DNA of 62,407 nt, the filler included, from Circinaria calcarea (Eukaryota), in assembly GCA_051942165.1 (NCBI GenBank). It is 32 parts of 32 records of this genome, joined end to end, with 100 filler letters (N's around TTAATTAATTAA, not from the genome) between each part and the next. Parts side by side here need not be neighbours in the genome. Positions count along the whole stretch, not along the records: positions 37,226 to 39,075 come from JAVECS010004156.1; positions 39,176 to 41,024 come from JAVECS010004157.1; positions 41,125 to 42,972 come from JAVECS010004158.1; positions 43,073 to 44,920 come from JAVECS010004159.1; positions 45,021 to 46,867 come from JAVECS010004160.1; positions 46,968 to 48,813 come from JAVECS010004161.1; positions 48,914 to 50,758 come from JAVECS010004162.1; 25 more parts are not named here. One strand, given 5' to 3'. The translations under genes were made by a program, and so were the position numbers. Shown one piece after another: positions 38,517-50,758 of this stretch (within the stretch, counting starts at the first letter, position 1; each line of letters begins with the position of its first letter). The notes beneath the pieces are model-generated. The model saw nothing but the letters and a program-made list of their open reading frames with translations, was not told where the DNA came from and did no database searches.

Positions 38517-39075
38517 TCACGCCATCGCCCTTGCGATAAAGTCGGCCAAGATCTGTCCATTCTTGCCCTGCATCATCGTGAAATGGTTGGCCTCCTGCAT
38601 ACTCTCGATGTTCAAGTTCTTGCCTCCCACTAGACTGTCCCATCCATTGGGTCCCATGTCTTTCCGGTTTTCAATCAACCACCACATTTCCTTGGGATCA
38701 TCATTCTGCCTTGCTGGTCGCGGGTCATCAGGCTTGTTGCAGACACCATCATGTGCCCAGATCAGGTGAGTCTTCGGCGCTGTGCCTGATGCAAAGGGCA
38801 CAGCATCGTAGGCGTCCAGCGCATCCACAAAAGCCAAAAAGTGCGGAAGAAGCCATTCAGGTGGTGCCTCTTTACCTGTACCAAAGAGTCCGATGGACTC
38901 AAAGAACCTGTAAAGACGCGGCGGCAGTTTACTCAATCCGATCGGGAAAGGTGAGTCGAGCAAGATTAACCGGTCGACCCGCTCACCCTGTCGAAGTAAC
39001 TCCTGTGCAGCATCGTAGGCGCAAATGCCACCAGCCGACCATCCACCGAGAGAATAAGGTCCCTTGGGTTGGCGA
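38517..39075 (-). CDS. Thioesterase/Claisen-cyclase domain at the C-terminus of a non-reducing PKS (melanin/pigment type)
   Basis: RQPKGPYSLGGWSAGG (GxSxG), LILLDSPFPIGLSKLP, IWAHDGVC, ANHFTMM. Confidence 0.9.
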
Positions 39076-41124
39076 NNNNNNNNNNNNNNNNNNNNNNNNN
39101 NNNNNNNNNNNNNNNNNNNTTAATTAATTAANNNNNNNNNNNNNNNNNNNNNNNNNNNNNNNNNNNNNNNNNNNNAGCTATATTAAAATATTATTAGCAT
39201 GTAGGAATAACATCTCGTACCTGCCTAACAGCTCTCCCAGACCTTATTAACAACTCTTGGAGCATGTACACCGTCTTTGCAGGCCGGCTGAGCTGTTACA
39301 GAAAGCGCAGCTCGCCTTCTTCGCACACTCTTGATACTGCTGTATGATCTTCTATTAATTGCGTGTAAAGAACTCTCGCATGAATTAACACTCGCCACTC
39401 AACGAAAAAGCTCTAATCTCTCCGGTCCCCAGCTGATTGGAGAAAACAGAGCGGGAGGGAAATCACCAGATCATTAAAACTAGCGCTACTGAGTTTTGAA
39501 CCCAATTCCGGTACCATAACTTTCCCCGCCCTGAAGCCTTTCGCGCACATATATTTTTCAATCGACACAGATCTTGATAACATATTGGGGGTCCCAAATC
39601 CGCCCGACTGCATCGTATCACGCCACCGACATCTCATACTACTCTATAGATATCTTTGCCAAGATGGTTGATTTTCTCGGGCATGGAAAACGGACGTAGG
39701 AGAACTAAGAAAAGCCGATTCAGCTGACGGCATAAACTCTAGAGGACTTGGCCGCGCATATTATACTGGAAGTGAATAGTCTCGTTCTTCTTCTCAGCGC
39801 TTGCAATCAGTCGCCTCGTTGCGGAGATCCTGGGCTCTGCGGAATTGGACCTGTGCTTCCGGGCTTATGTTTCCCGTCAGAATGGAGCGGGCGTTGCGGG
39901 TGTTGCGCCATTTTGCTGAAGCCATTATGGTATTTGCCTTTGTGCGTAGCATATGAGCTTTACTTCTTACGACATCCGGGATCTCCCTGGCAGCCATATG
40001 GGAAGGTTCGCCCACTCAAGGCGGTGCCCATTATTAAATATAATATAAAAGTCTGAAATATACCCCCGATAAAATGAGATCAGCACATTTATACTCCACT
40101 AGCTAATTTTCAGCGAATAGCTTACCATAGAGAAATACACGACTGTCATAAGGTACTAGCCTATAGGATTCACTAACTCCCGGGGGGCTTATGGCCTGAA
40201 ATTGCTTGCATTAAGTCTGTTATCGTAAAGTCAAGATCGTAAAAAAACACTGGAGCAAAAACTCACTGCCGCAGAGGTTACTATCGCAGAGGTCAACTAA
40301 CCGCCAGTGGTATCGCCAATATAGCCTGGCATTACTCAATAACATCACAATATAGTTACCATGGCGCCAACAACCTACAACCTAGAAAACACCAGAAACC
40401 GCGCCAGCGAAATCCCAACTTTTTTTGTTTAAAAATAAAAAATCTCAAGCCAGTGAGCTTTCTTTCTACCCAGGCCGTCGGCTTTACCATAAGCCATTAC
40501 CCCTTCCCTGGCAGCAGAGCATATCCCCTCACTGAAAGAGGGTATTTAAGGAAGGAAGGGGGGGGGGGAAAGTAAAAATTTGCCAAAAATATTCCATAAA
40601 GGAAACGTAAACTACCATAGAGTTTTTGCATTTTTGTTATGAATTCTTGGGGTAGGTACCATAGAGCAATGGAACTACCATCTCAAACTGAGCCGGTATG
40701 GTATGGAATATTGGATTGGGGATCCTTGGTGCTAGGTGAGAAGAGTCATCGGTACCATTCGTAAAAAATGCATTGCAGTTCCGTCATATCCCTCATGTGT
40801 AAACATCATATTGTGGGCAAGATAAGATACATAGTACGCCAATAGTCTGTCACCAGAACAAAATCAATACTTTTTCGGACCAAGATATTGGGATTAGAGC
40901 TCGATATGTTGTAGTAAAACACAATTCTCAATAGCAACAAACCCACTCGCATGGATTTTTTTCAAATTACAACAAACAACCGATGCCCCACCCTACCACC
41001 TCCACCTCATCCTCTTCCCAATACNNNNNNNNNNNNNNNNNNNNNNNNNNNNNNNNNNNNNNNNNNNNTTAATTAATTAANNNNNNNNNNNNNNNNNNNN
41101 NNNNNNNNNNNNNNNNNNNNNNNN

Positions 41125-42972
41125 TGCATTTCAGTCCGCATCAAGGACGGTGGTATTGATCTGGCCTACGCCTCCGAAGATTAACCTCAGAACAATCGAA
41201 GCCCAAGGGCATTAAGGCATCCACCACTACTCCTTTGTCGCTCTAACGGTCCGAGCAGTTGAACCCAAGCACCCGATCCCCTCGCGAGAACAAGAGGGCT
41301 TTCACCCTCCCCTTGTTAAGCGTGTGCACTTTGATTCGTCATTGGGATCCACGAGGTGGAGGATGAATCCCGACAAGCAGTACCCCTCTGCTAACGACAT
41401 CAGCTACCTCGTCGCTTTGATGCCTACCACTACGACTGGCCCATAGTCGCCCGAGAAAGTCCGTGGTGTGGACTGGCCCCCCTCGCCCATCACGCATATG
41501 AGTGCGCCGGCAGGGTCTCAGAGAAGGCCAAAGGCTCGAGTCGATGCATTTCAGTTCGCATCAGGAACACCGGTATCTTGAACTTATCGTGATCCAAGGG
41601 CATTAGGATATCCGGCACAGCACCGTTGTTGCTCATACGGTTCGTGCTGTTGAACCCTTTTTACAGGGTACCGAGACACTCCCTGCAAGAGCTACCGCCT
41701 AACCTTACTTCCTCATAACGGAGGTGTTCGTTATGAGGCCCTGGGGCTTTCGTCTTTCCTCCGTGCGGTCCTTTGTCCTAGTGCGAGCACACCTATACTC
41801 TCAGGACCACTTTCTCGTAGACCAACCACGACGGGCAACGGTGCTCCACGGCAACCTAACCCCCGTCCCCTCCCAACTCTCTCTTGCCGTAGTGATTGCG
41901 TGACCTGGCCTTAGCTGCCACAACCCCGGACGCAACCCCGGGTGGTACGACTTCTCATGCGCGCGTATCCCCAATTACCTCCTCCGAGGAGGAGTCCCTA
42001 ACTTCTAGGCATGGGGGCCTGCCGATTCCGCTAGGGTCCGACGCATGGGCTACTCGAGAATTGGTATGAGTTGGCGAACTCTTGAGTACTTGACCGGTGG
42101 GACTTTGATTGCGTTGAGGTATCGCCCTCTCAACATTTACAGGTGGCAGCATCGTGTTGGTAATAAGCTCCCAATGCCGTTGCCAGCAGAGACCCTCGCA
42201 ACGGGGATGTCACGCCTTACCAGCGCCTGTAAACCTGCCAGATTGTGCTCGGTCCGTCTGACAGTCACGGACCCTAAGCACCCGATCCCCTCGCGAGAAC
42301 AAGAGGGCTTTCACCCTCCCCTTGTTAAGCGTGTGCACTTTGATTCGTCATTGGGATCCACGAGGTGGAGGATGAATCCCGACAGGCAGTACCCCTCTGC
42401 CAACGACAACAGCTACCTCGTTGCATTGTTGCCTACCGATACAGGTGACCCAGACCCGCACAAGCATGTCCTCGGTATAGACCAGCCCCCCTCGACCATC
42501 GCGCATTAGAGTGCGCCGGCAGGTTCTCAGAGAAGGCCGTGCTCCTTGTGTCGATGCATTTCAGTCCGCATCAAGGACGGTGGTATTGATCTGGCCTACG
42601 CCTCCGAAGATAAACCTCAGAACAATCGAAGCCCAAGGGCATTAAGGCATCCACCACTACTCCTTTGTCGCTCTAACGGTCCTGAGAGTATAGGTGTGCT
42701 CGCACTAGTACAAGGGAACGCACGGAGGAAAGACGAAAGTCCCAGGGCCTCATAACGAACACCTCCGTTATGAGGAAGTAAGGCTAGGCGGTAGCTCTTA
42801 CAGGGAGTGTCTCGGTACCCTGTAAAAAGGGGGTTCAACTGCTCGAACCGTTAGAGCGACAAAGGAGTAGTGGTGGATGCCTTAATGCCCTTGGGCTTCG
42901 ATTGTTCTGAGGTTAATCTTCGGAGGCGTAGGCCAGATCAATACCACCGTCCTTGATGCGGACTGAAATGCA
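41125..42972 (-). repeat. Non-coding ~1.01-kb repeating unit with diverged copies and inverted termini; putative structured RNA element
   Basis: 41267.. repeats at 42276.. (offset 1009). Block A occurs at 41125, 41545 (variant), 42555 and inverted at 42831-42972. Block C (41650-41808) is inverted at 42678-42836. Compensatory changes are seen in stems. Confidence 0.8.
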
Positions 42973-43072
42973 NNNNNNNNNNNNNNNNNNNNNNNNNNNN
43001 NNNNNNNNNNNNNNNNTTAATTAATTAANNNNNNNNNNNNNNNNNNNNNNNNNNNNNNNNNNNNNNNNNNNN

Positions 43073-43735
43073 GTGCCTCCTGGCTCCCTCTCGGAGCCAG
43101 CCGAAGTTGGCTTTACAGATCGACACCTCCTCCACGAAAAAGTTACGAATCTCTTTATCCGTGCCGCTCAGCTCTCCCCAGATGGCGAACACATGGATCC
43201 AGATGTGCAAGTCGGCCTAGGTGTTCTCTTTTACGGCGACGAAGAGTACACCAAGGCGGTGGATTGCTTCGAAGCTGCGCTTGCTTCCACCGAAGCAGGC
43301 ACCACGAATCAGCGGCAGCAAATCCACCTCTTATGGAACCGCCTCGGTGCCACGTTAGCCAATAGTGGCCGCAGCGAAGAAGCTATCGCAGCGTACGAGA
43401 AAGCCCTTACACTTAATCCCAACTTTGTCCGGGCGCGCTACAACCTCGGCGTGTCTTGTATCAACATTGGCTGCTACGAGGAAGCTGCTCAGCATCTCCT
43501 CGGCGCCCTGAGTATGCACAAAGTCGTCGAACGGGAGGGCCGAGAAAGGATCCAAGAGGTTGTGGGCGGGGAAATGGACGACGCGAGGCTGGATCGGATG
43601 ATGGAGATGAATCAGAGTACGAATCTGTACGAGACGTTGCGGAGGGTGTTTGGGCAAATGAACCGGAGGGATCTGAGTGATTTGGTAGTGCCGGGTATGG
43701 ATGTCGAGGCTTTTCGGGGCGAGTTTGATTTTTAG
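43073..43735 (+). CDS. PEX5: Peroxisomal targeting signal 1 receptor Pex5, C-terminal TPRs
   Basis: [71 protein letters not shown]. Confidence 0.97.
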   Translation: MPPGSLSEPAEVGFTDRHLLHEKVTNLFIRAAQLSPDGEHMDPDVQVGLGVLFYGDEEYTKAVDCFEAALASTEAGTTNQRQQIHLLWNRLGATLANSGRSEEAIAAYEKALTLNPNFVRARYNLGVSCINIGCYEEAAQHLLGALSMHKVVEREGRERIQEVVGGEMDDARLDRMMEMNQSTNLYETLRRVFGQMNRRDLSDLVVPGMDVEAFRGEFDF

Positions 43736-45020
43736 TGGAGATCCAATCTGTTTTTGGGATGAAGATGGTGCTGGCATCTTTGCTGTTGTTCAATAGCAGG
43801 CGATGACCTTTGCTGGAAGTTGTCTATATATATCAAACAATGTACATAAACCCGAGGAAGTTTATAGGAATAACCGTACCACCATGGAGATTTCAAAAAT
43901 CTTTTATCGATCCTACCCACCTAATTTTACTCCCCCTTCTCTCCCTTCTCCATCTACTCCCCCTTCTCCCCTTTGCAACTCCTACTTCCCCACTCTCCCC
44001 AGTTTCTTTTTCTCCCCTTTTCCCAAATACCCAAATACCCCAATGCTCAATGCCCAATACAACTGTCCCACTAATCCCATCCTATCTCATCCCATCCTAT
44101 TCTATTTCATCCGATTATATCCCATCCCATCAGAATTCGCACTCCGATTCACTTGACTTTGATTTCGATTTCGATTTCGATTCAAACTGCCAAAACCTCC
44201 TCTTCCTCGCGCTCCCCCCCCCCCCAAACCAAATATGAATCCTCAATCTCCAAATCTTTAAATCTTTTCTCTCTGTACATACGGAAACGAATGGCGGGAA
44301 TGAAAAGGAAGGAAAAACGAATAGGGAGATTAGGAAATTAAGGAACCGGCAACGAGGCGGGTGGGGAAAAAAGAAGGGGGAGAGGCGTGGGTTAGGTATG
44401 TAGGGAAACTGGTAGATAAAGAAAAAAACAAATAAAACGAGAAATTGAAATTAGAAAAGGTTATGATATCTAGTTTCCCCCTTGAGTAGGTGGGGGCTGC
44501 CTATGGGTAGTTGTAGCGGAGTTCACGGATGTAGGTAGCGGAATCAGAGTCAAAGTCACGGGATGGAAAAAACAGAAGAGGGGGGGGGATTCTTTTAGGA
44601 ATCATGGTACGGATTTACGGATTTTCTAAAAATCTCCGTTGGGAAAAAAAGAGCTCCTTATTGATACTAGTCTTGATATTAATACTGACGCGACGCCCCG
44701 ACGAGCCCGAGCCCCGACGCCGAGGTTTCGGGTGTAGATATGTCGGTTGAGTGTGCCAGGTGGAGGCGAGAGCGAGGGCAAGGGTTCAGGGGCGAGATTT
44801 CTTGCAAAGACGGAACGGGGCGAGGATAGGATAAGCTAGGATGCAGGATGCGGGATGCGGGATACGGGGGGATTATATAGGGAAAGGGAGAAGCGCTGGA
44901 CTTTGGGATAGGTATAAATANNNNNNNNNNNNNNNNNNNNNNNNNNNNNNNNNNNNNNNNNNNNTTAATTAATTAANNNNNNNNNNNNNNNNNNNNNNNN
45001 NNNNNNNNNNNNNNNNNNNN

Positions 45021-46302
45021 CCTACGCTTTGTGAATGCATGTTGACTTGGTTGGATGGCAGGTGCAAGGATCAATCCCCTCTTATGGAGCAGATTCACGG
45101 TGACAACGCTCGTCAGTACGTTTTAGATGTCAAACGTTGCATGGATTTCTATTATCAACAAATGGCGTTTTACGACCAGTGGCTCTCAAAGTACCGAACT
45201 CACATGGCATACCACCAAAGGATGATGAATCATGGGGAGGTCTACCTCCGAACGCATAAAGAGTACTTGCAAACCCATGAAAATGTTAGCTTACGCCACA
45301 CTGCCACCATGGACGAATGCCAACGGTACATATCAAGTCTTGAGCCGTACTTGCCAAAGACGGATCCGGTCCTCTGGTCCAAGATCATCAGTCCTCAAGT
45401 TTTTCCATTTCTTGAACTGCCAGGTGAAATTCGAAATGCCATATACTGCTTTACCTTGATCAGCAAAACAGGATTTACCCTCGGGTTGTTTCGATTTCAA
45501 CCCAGCATGACCTCACTTCTACGCGTCAACAAGCAGATCTATCACGAAGCATCCAGTGTCTTCTACTACGAGAATAGGTTTCGATTTCCGGCGTCGCTGT
45601 TTGTTGATGCTCCAATCTACAAGTCGATCCAAGATGTCTGCGGCTTAACCGCGGTTACGCTTCAAAGGATGAGGAAGATCACGCTCGATATACCAATTCA
45701 CGGTCAGCGACATGACAGTATCCAGTACTTACAGACGTCTGCAAACCTCGATGATTTATGGGGTTTCATCTTCAAGCACAACGGTAGCGACCTCGACCTT
45801 CAAGTTAACTACCAAATAACCTGGGGCGAATCATACAACACTGTGCCATGGTTCATGATCCGAGCTCTCCTAAAACCATTTGGCAAAATAGAGGATCAAG
45901 GCCGCGGCAGGGTGGAGGTGAATGTTGAAACACAAGCGTTCTGGTTGGACGACTGTATCAATGACCTGGTAAGTCTGAGCATAATGACCCACACTCGTTC
46001 CATTCTAACCACGATCTGACTTTTGCTGTGAAGCATGTCTTTTACGACAGGAGTTGGAGCTTCCATGTGAACCTCAATTTGCAGGGTACTAGCTACAACG
46101 AAAGAGTGTCCCGCGAAAATGCCATACAAAAATTTCGCAATCGCTGCATCCTGGTACCAGGGGTACATGACTTTTACACCGAAACCCGAACATGGGATAA
46201 GTACATGGTGAGGCCTCGGATTGTACAGGTTGCGGATCTGACTTCTAGAGATGTTGGGCCCTAAAGGATACTGCAATCTTGGTGGTCACCGCGATTGGGT
46301 GA
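45021..46302 (+). CDS. F-box-like (FLxLPxEIRxxIY) fungal protein, 5'-truncated, 2 introns near the 3' end
   Basis: FPFLELPGEIRNAIY...SLLRVNKQIYHEASSVFYYENRF; spliced frame ends at TGA 46300-46302. Confidence 0.75.
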
Positions 46303-47818
46303 GAGGATATTAAGAGATGATGGCACTGAAACATACAGATGGAAGGGCTTGAGGACCGTAATGTCCTCATTATGGTATTGGAGGTCTCCAGCTTCAGAGA
46401 GATCCTCTTTCCGAAAAATTAATCGACTTCATGCGAGATTTTTTCTCCGAAAACCATTTCAGATGTCTTTCAAGTTTGCCACCATATCCACGTATCCAGA
46501 TCGCACCACAAAGCTGCCGCGCCAACTCAAAACCCATCCGAGTCTTTCCGTGGCTTGTTTTCCTTTGAACAAACAGACCTACAACAACGCATTCTGCCAG
46601 CCTCGTCATTATGACTCCTCTCCATTTTATTATATATTTCAGCATTCAGCCAATATTCTTCCTCTTCCCATTCTTTCTGTACACTCCCGATAATTCCCAC
46701 ACAATATACCTCATCAACATCGTTCGCGAACAACCGTCTTCTTAAATTTTCTCCTATCCTCTACATTACCACCCTTCACCTAAGAATGTCCTACTCTTCT
46801 CCACCCACAGCTTCACCCAGTCACACAGCTCCCTATCCCTATCCCTTTCTCTCCCCTTCCCCCTACCNNNNNNNNNNNNNNNNNNNNNNNNNNNNNNNNN
46901 NNNNNNNNNNNTTAATTAATTAANNNNNNNNNNNNNNNNNNNNNNNNNNNNNNNNNNNNNNNNNNNNGTTCTACGGAGTTGGGGAATCTGAAGGGCCTGT
47001 TGGTTGGAAGAGGGAGGGGGAACGGGTTAGTGAAAGCGGAAATGGGAGGGGATGTGAGAGAGAGAGGCGGGTTTGAGCGCTGGGCTTACCCTCCGCCGGT
47101 TGCCCCGGGGATGTTGTCGCAGACAAACCGAGAAAGGGCGTGCGAGGATAGGAGGAAGTTGGAGGCTGAGAGGAGGATCAGGGCCGTCAGAGCTGAGGTA
47201 TGGAAAGGTTTCATGTCGAAGGGTAAAAGGCTTCGCTGGGAGAAAACGATAACGGAGGAAGGGGAAAGATCTCCCATGCTGTCGCAGTTTTATCGGTCGT
47301 TGACGCGATCACAGCATGTTTACCTCATGGCCGAGCGCATCAAGTGTGAAACTGTACAGGCGCGCCGAGATCAAGTTTCGCATATACACATTAAACTCAT
47401 AAGTATGAGGATAGCACTAAGATTAAAAAAAAGCTTTCTATAGGACACTTCGAGGAGATAACTTGTCCCATGGACATATAGCAGCAGTCATTGGAGGTAG
47501 AGATAGACGAACAAGCTCTTCAATATCTTATCAAGCTATATCTTCCTCTAAGAGTCTCCGAAGACGCTAAATTGACAGAAGGAAACCTCTATCGCCTCTC
47601 GATTCGGGTATTCCTGAACAACTTAAAACGAGTACTAGCTCACAGCCCAGATCAATGAGCGCAAGGCGTATAGGAGTAAAATTAAAAGGGAAGACTGCAA
47701 TAGTTCAAAATGTCTGAATGAAATATCCCAAGATTGTTGCAGTACCTAGAGATCCCGTTCCTTACCATACATAACTTTAGCCTGAAGGAAAATCCAGTTT
47801 TCCGGGTAATTCAAACAT

Positions 47819-48813
47819 CTATGAAATCTCGCCATGCACGCGAGGCTCCGCTTTTTCGATCATATACGTTCTCCCTTTTATGCCCCATACCATTAAGCTC
47901 GGGATTTTCCATCCAAGAATTTGCCCAACACCACCTTTTGGTCCGATCGGCACCAACTGCGTGTCCTTCATATACTTGACGTAGTGCTGCTGTGGCTGGG
48001 TGGGGTTCTTTGAGGAGAAGTAGCTCATGAGTCCGGTGCTTGCCGTGACCTTCTCCTTATTGATTTTGGATGCGAGGTCAACGTGTATGGAAGAGCAGAG
48101 CGGTATAATCGCACCGTTGATATCGAGGATACCACCCGTGCTGTAGCTCCCAATGTCGCCCACAGCATAGATACCTTCGGTTTTCGGAACAGTAAGGCGC
48201 AGCGTCTTTTCGTCATTGAGAACGTAACCTCTCTCATTCAACCATGATGATGGGAGAAAAGAGCTGTTGGGTTTACCGCCGGTGGAGTCAATGTAGACGT
48301 CCACTACCCTTGTCGTACCATCGCTTAGCGTGAGCTCTGTTGGTCTTCCTCCTTTCACCGATGAAACTCTGACATCATGTATTACCTCCACGCCTAACTG
48401 TTTGAGACGAGATTCTGCATCCTCGCTAACTGAGGGCTTAAGTCTCGAGAGCAGTCGTGAGGTACCAGACAATATAGTGATTTTTGCGTTTGGGTAGAGG
48501 AACGCTACTTCGCCGGCGGTTTCCGTCCCTGCAGGTCCTGTACAAGAGTTATATGGTTTCTAGTTATACTCGAAGCTTCCGACTCACCTCCACCAGCAAT
48601 CAGAATTGTCTTTGCGCTGGGCAGAATCTCATGCATTTCCTTGAAAGCCTGTACCGACAAGTCATGGGAGCCATTAAGTGTCCATAGGGCGGTATTGGAT
48701 GATGTGCCGGTTGCGATTACGAGGGTGGAATACGATATGGTAATGGTTGTCTGTTCTTGCCCGATAGTCACCACCTTCTGGTCCGCATCCAGCCCAACTG
48801 CACTGCCTTGGAT
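47819..48813 (-). CDS. AIF/AMID (FSP1)-like FAD/NAD(P)H oxidoreductase, 3' part, 1 intron
   Basis: YSTLVIATG, ILIAGG/GPAGTETAGEV, IYAVGDI, LVPIGPKGGVGQILGWKIPSLMVWGIKGR. Confidence 0.9.
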
Positions 48814-49797
48814 NNNNNNNNNNNNNNNNNNNNNNNNNNNNNNNNNNNNNNNNNNNNTTAATTAATTAANNNNNNNNNNNNNNNNNNNNNNNNNNNNNNN
48901 NNNNNNNNNNNNNGAGGACCGTAAGTGCCCCGTGACCGGAGAGGTCATTGAAGGAGTTAACCCGCAGTCCACACCGTCACAAGGTGAATCTGGGGACATG
49001 GCGAACTCCAAGCAGCCTGTGCAGCCGAACAGTGGTCGTCCCTGGGCGGGCTTGATGGAGTACACGCCGAAGATTTTCAGTTTTTTCTCTTGACGGAAAT
49101 TGAATCACGATTAACGATTATCCTAAGAGATCTTATGGTAGTGGGCGTGATTGTGCATGGAACCCTACCGTATTCATATCAACTTTCCGGAAACACATGT
49201 AACGATTTTCACCCCACGAACCCCCACTCTCCCCGTTCCAATCTTTCTCAAGGAGCATGAATTGTCAGCCAAGCATGTCCGACCACCCTTTCCAACCGGG
49301 TGGGTAGAATAGAGAGTTTGCAAACATCCAAGCAGGAAACGAACCAATTCTGTCCATCAAGAGGCATGCAGAGAGGCTCCAAGGTTCTATTTAGGTCTTC
49401 CATAACAGTCGTTACTGCCAATACCATAGGTACATTTTAGAATCTGACGAGGGAAACTTACGATGAATTCCGTTTTGAGGCATCGTCCTCGAGCGCCAAG
49501 GACCGATGCGGTCGATTAGGCTTAGCGGCCTTCACATGTCAGATGGATCATGACGCTCCTTTGCATTTGCAGCTTTCGGCCCAATCCAATCCCATCCAAT
49601 CCCATCCAATCCCCGTTTCTGCTCGGGACCTTCCCATTTCACCCATCCTCCTGTATAACCCTTCAGTCGCCCATTTCTCTCGGTACGCTGAGTGCGTAGG
49701 AATGGAATGACCGGTGCGAATGCCTGGGTGACCGCTCTTCTATATATCTCCGCATCAACACGATCATCTAGTAAGGGAACTCTGACCACCCAGTTCC

Positions 49798-50758
49798 ATG
49801 GAAGCGCCGACGGTGCCCACGCCGGTCAACGGTCCTTTACCGCCTTATGAAGCATGGCCTTCAGCCCCAAAGGGGCCCCTCAGCCCCCATTGCCAGAAAG
49901 ATAATTCGAATGCGATGGATCTAGACAAGGTCATGAGTCCCGATGGTCGCGACCGGAGAGCTGCCAGCGTTTTGTCCATGGACGACATCGAGGCTGCTCA
50001 AGCTCTGGAAGGTCTCCGCGCCGGTAAGACTTGATCTGCTGTCTCATCTGAGCTCCGTAGTTAACCACGTCCAATAGATTATGTACAATCGCCGTCTCGA
50101 CAGACTACCATCTTACCGTCAAAGATCGATCCGGCCCTTCGAGGTCCCGAGGACTTGCGACAACCCGAACCCATCCTGTCCCTGATCACGTCGCAACATC
50201 CCATACTATCAACGGCCATCAATGGACCACTCTCAGCCTATGCATCATCCAAATCCTATTCCCCGCGCTTTCGTTATGGAGCCGAGTTCGTCGAGCGCCA
50301 CATTGGGTCTCCTGTCGCCAATACCGTTGGCACGGCGGGAAGAATCAGCGGTGTCGAAGGACAGGTTCGTTGGTGGTTGCAGAGAGGTGACTCTAATGAC
50401 ATGCAAAATGGCAGCAACAAGCGACAAAGAGTTGGCCAGGACAATGTGTATTCGGCGGACATCGAGAAAGGGTTGGAGGAAGCTTCGATTCAGTCGCATG
50501 GACAGCGAAGGCCATCAGACCTATCGCTTGCCGAAAGTTTACCCCCTTACGACGATCATCGATCACCAAGCTACGAAGAGCACAGCTCTCATGTTCAGTC
50601 TCGCTCACCCCGTCACGATCCACAATCTCCCAAAAGTCGCAATTGGCAGACCAGGCTGATGATGTCGACTTCCGGACTCGGGGTAGCAATGAGCGAGGAA
50701 TCTTTACGCAGCTTGAAGTATTGTTTTTCTTGGTTGCGGTGGGCAAACAATCATCTGG
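49798..50758 (+). CDS. OPI1: Opi1-family transcriptional regulator, 5' part, 1 intron
   Basis: DIEAAQALEGL, YSPRFRYGAEFVERHIGSP, WQTRLMMSTSGLGVAMSEESLRSLKYC. Confidence 0.85.

Noticed and set aside
39176..41024. Possible decayed gene
   Set aside because: The frames I checked are broken by stops and show no recognisable family.
41502..41530. GTGCGCCGGCAGG resembling a group II intron 5' end
   Set aside because: No domain V/VI is recognisable, and the G-U evidence favours the opposite strand.
42259..42266. TGACAGTC matching the hairpin-ribozyme cleavage site; also GCGGTAG..CAGGGA (42788-42806) resembling VS ribozyme helix II
   Set aside because: No matching AGAA partner strand or loop B for a hairpin ribozyme, and no VS stem-loop I or A730 loop. 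Treated as chance matches pending an Infernal search.
42045..42509. 154-aa ORF as an Oblin or RT/RdRp fragment
   Set aside because: No Oblin, RT or RdRp motifs; the frame is not preserved in the other repeat copy.
42682..42745. Hammerhead-like CTGAGAG...GAAA
   Set aside because: It does not fit CUGANGA, and I found no CUGANGA on either strand of this contig.
42849..42884. GTTAGAGCGACAAAGG..GGTGGATGCCTT resembling the 5' end of bacterial 23S rRNA
   Set aside because: The similarity stops immediately, and the motif is not kept in the variant copy at 41545-41650.
46979..47443. 154-aa plus-strand ORF
   Set aside because: No motif and no consistent downstream exon; coding status is unsupported.
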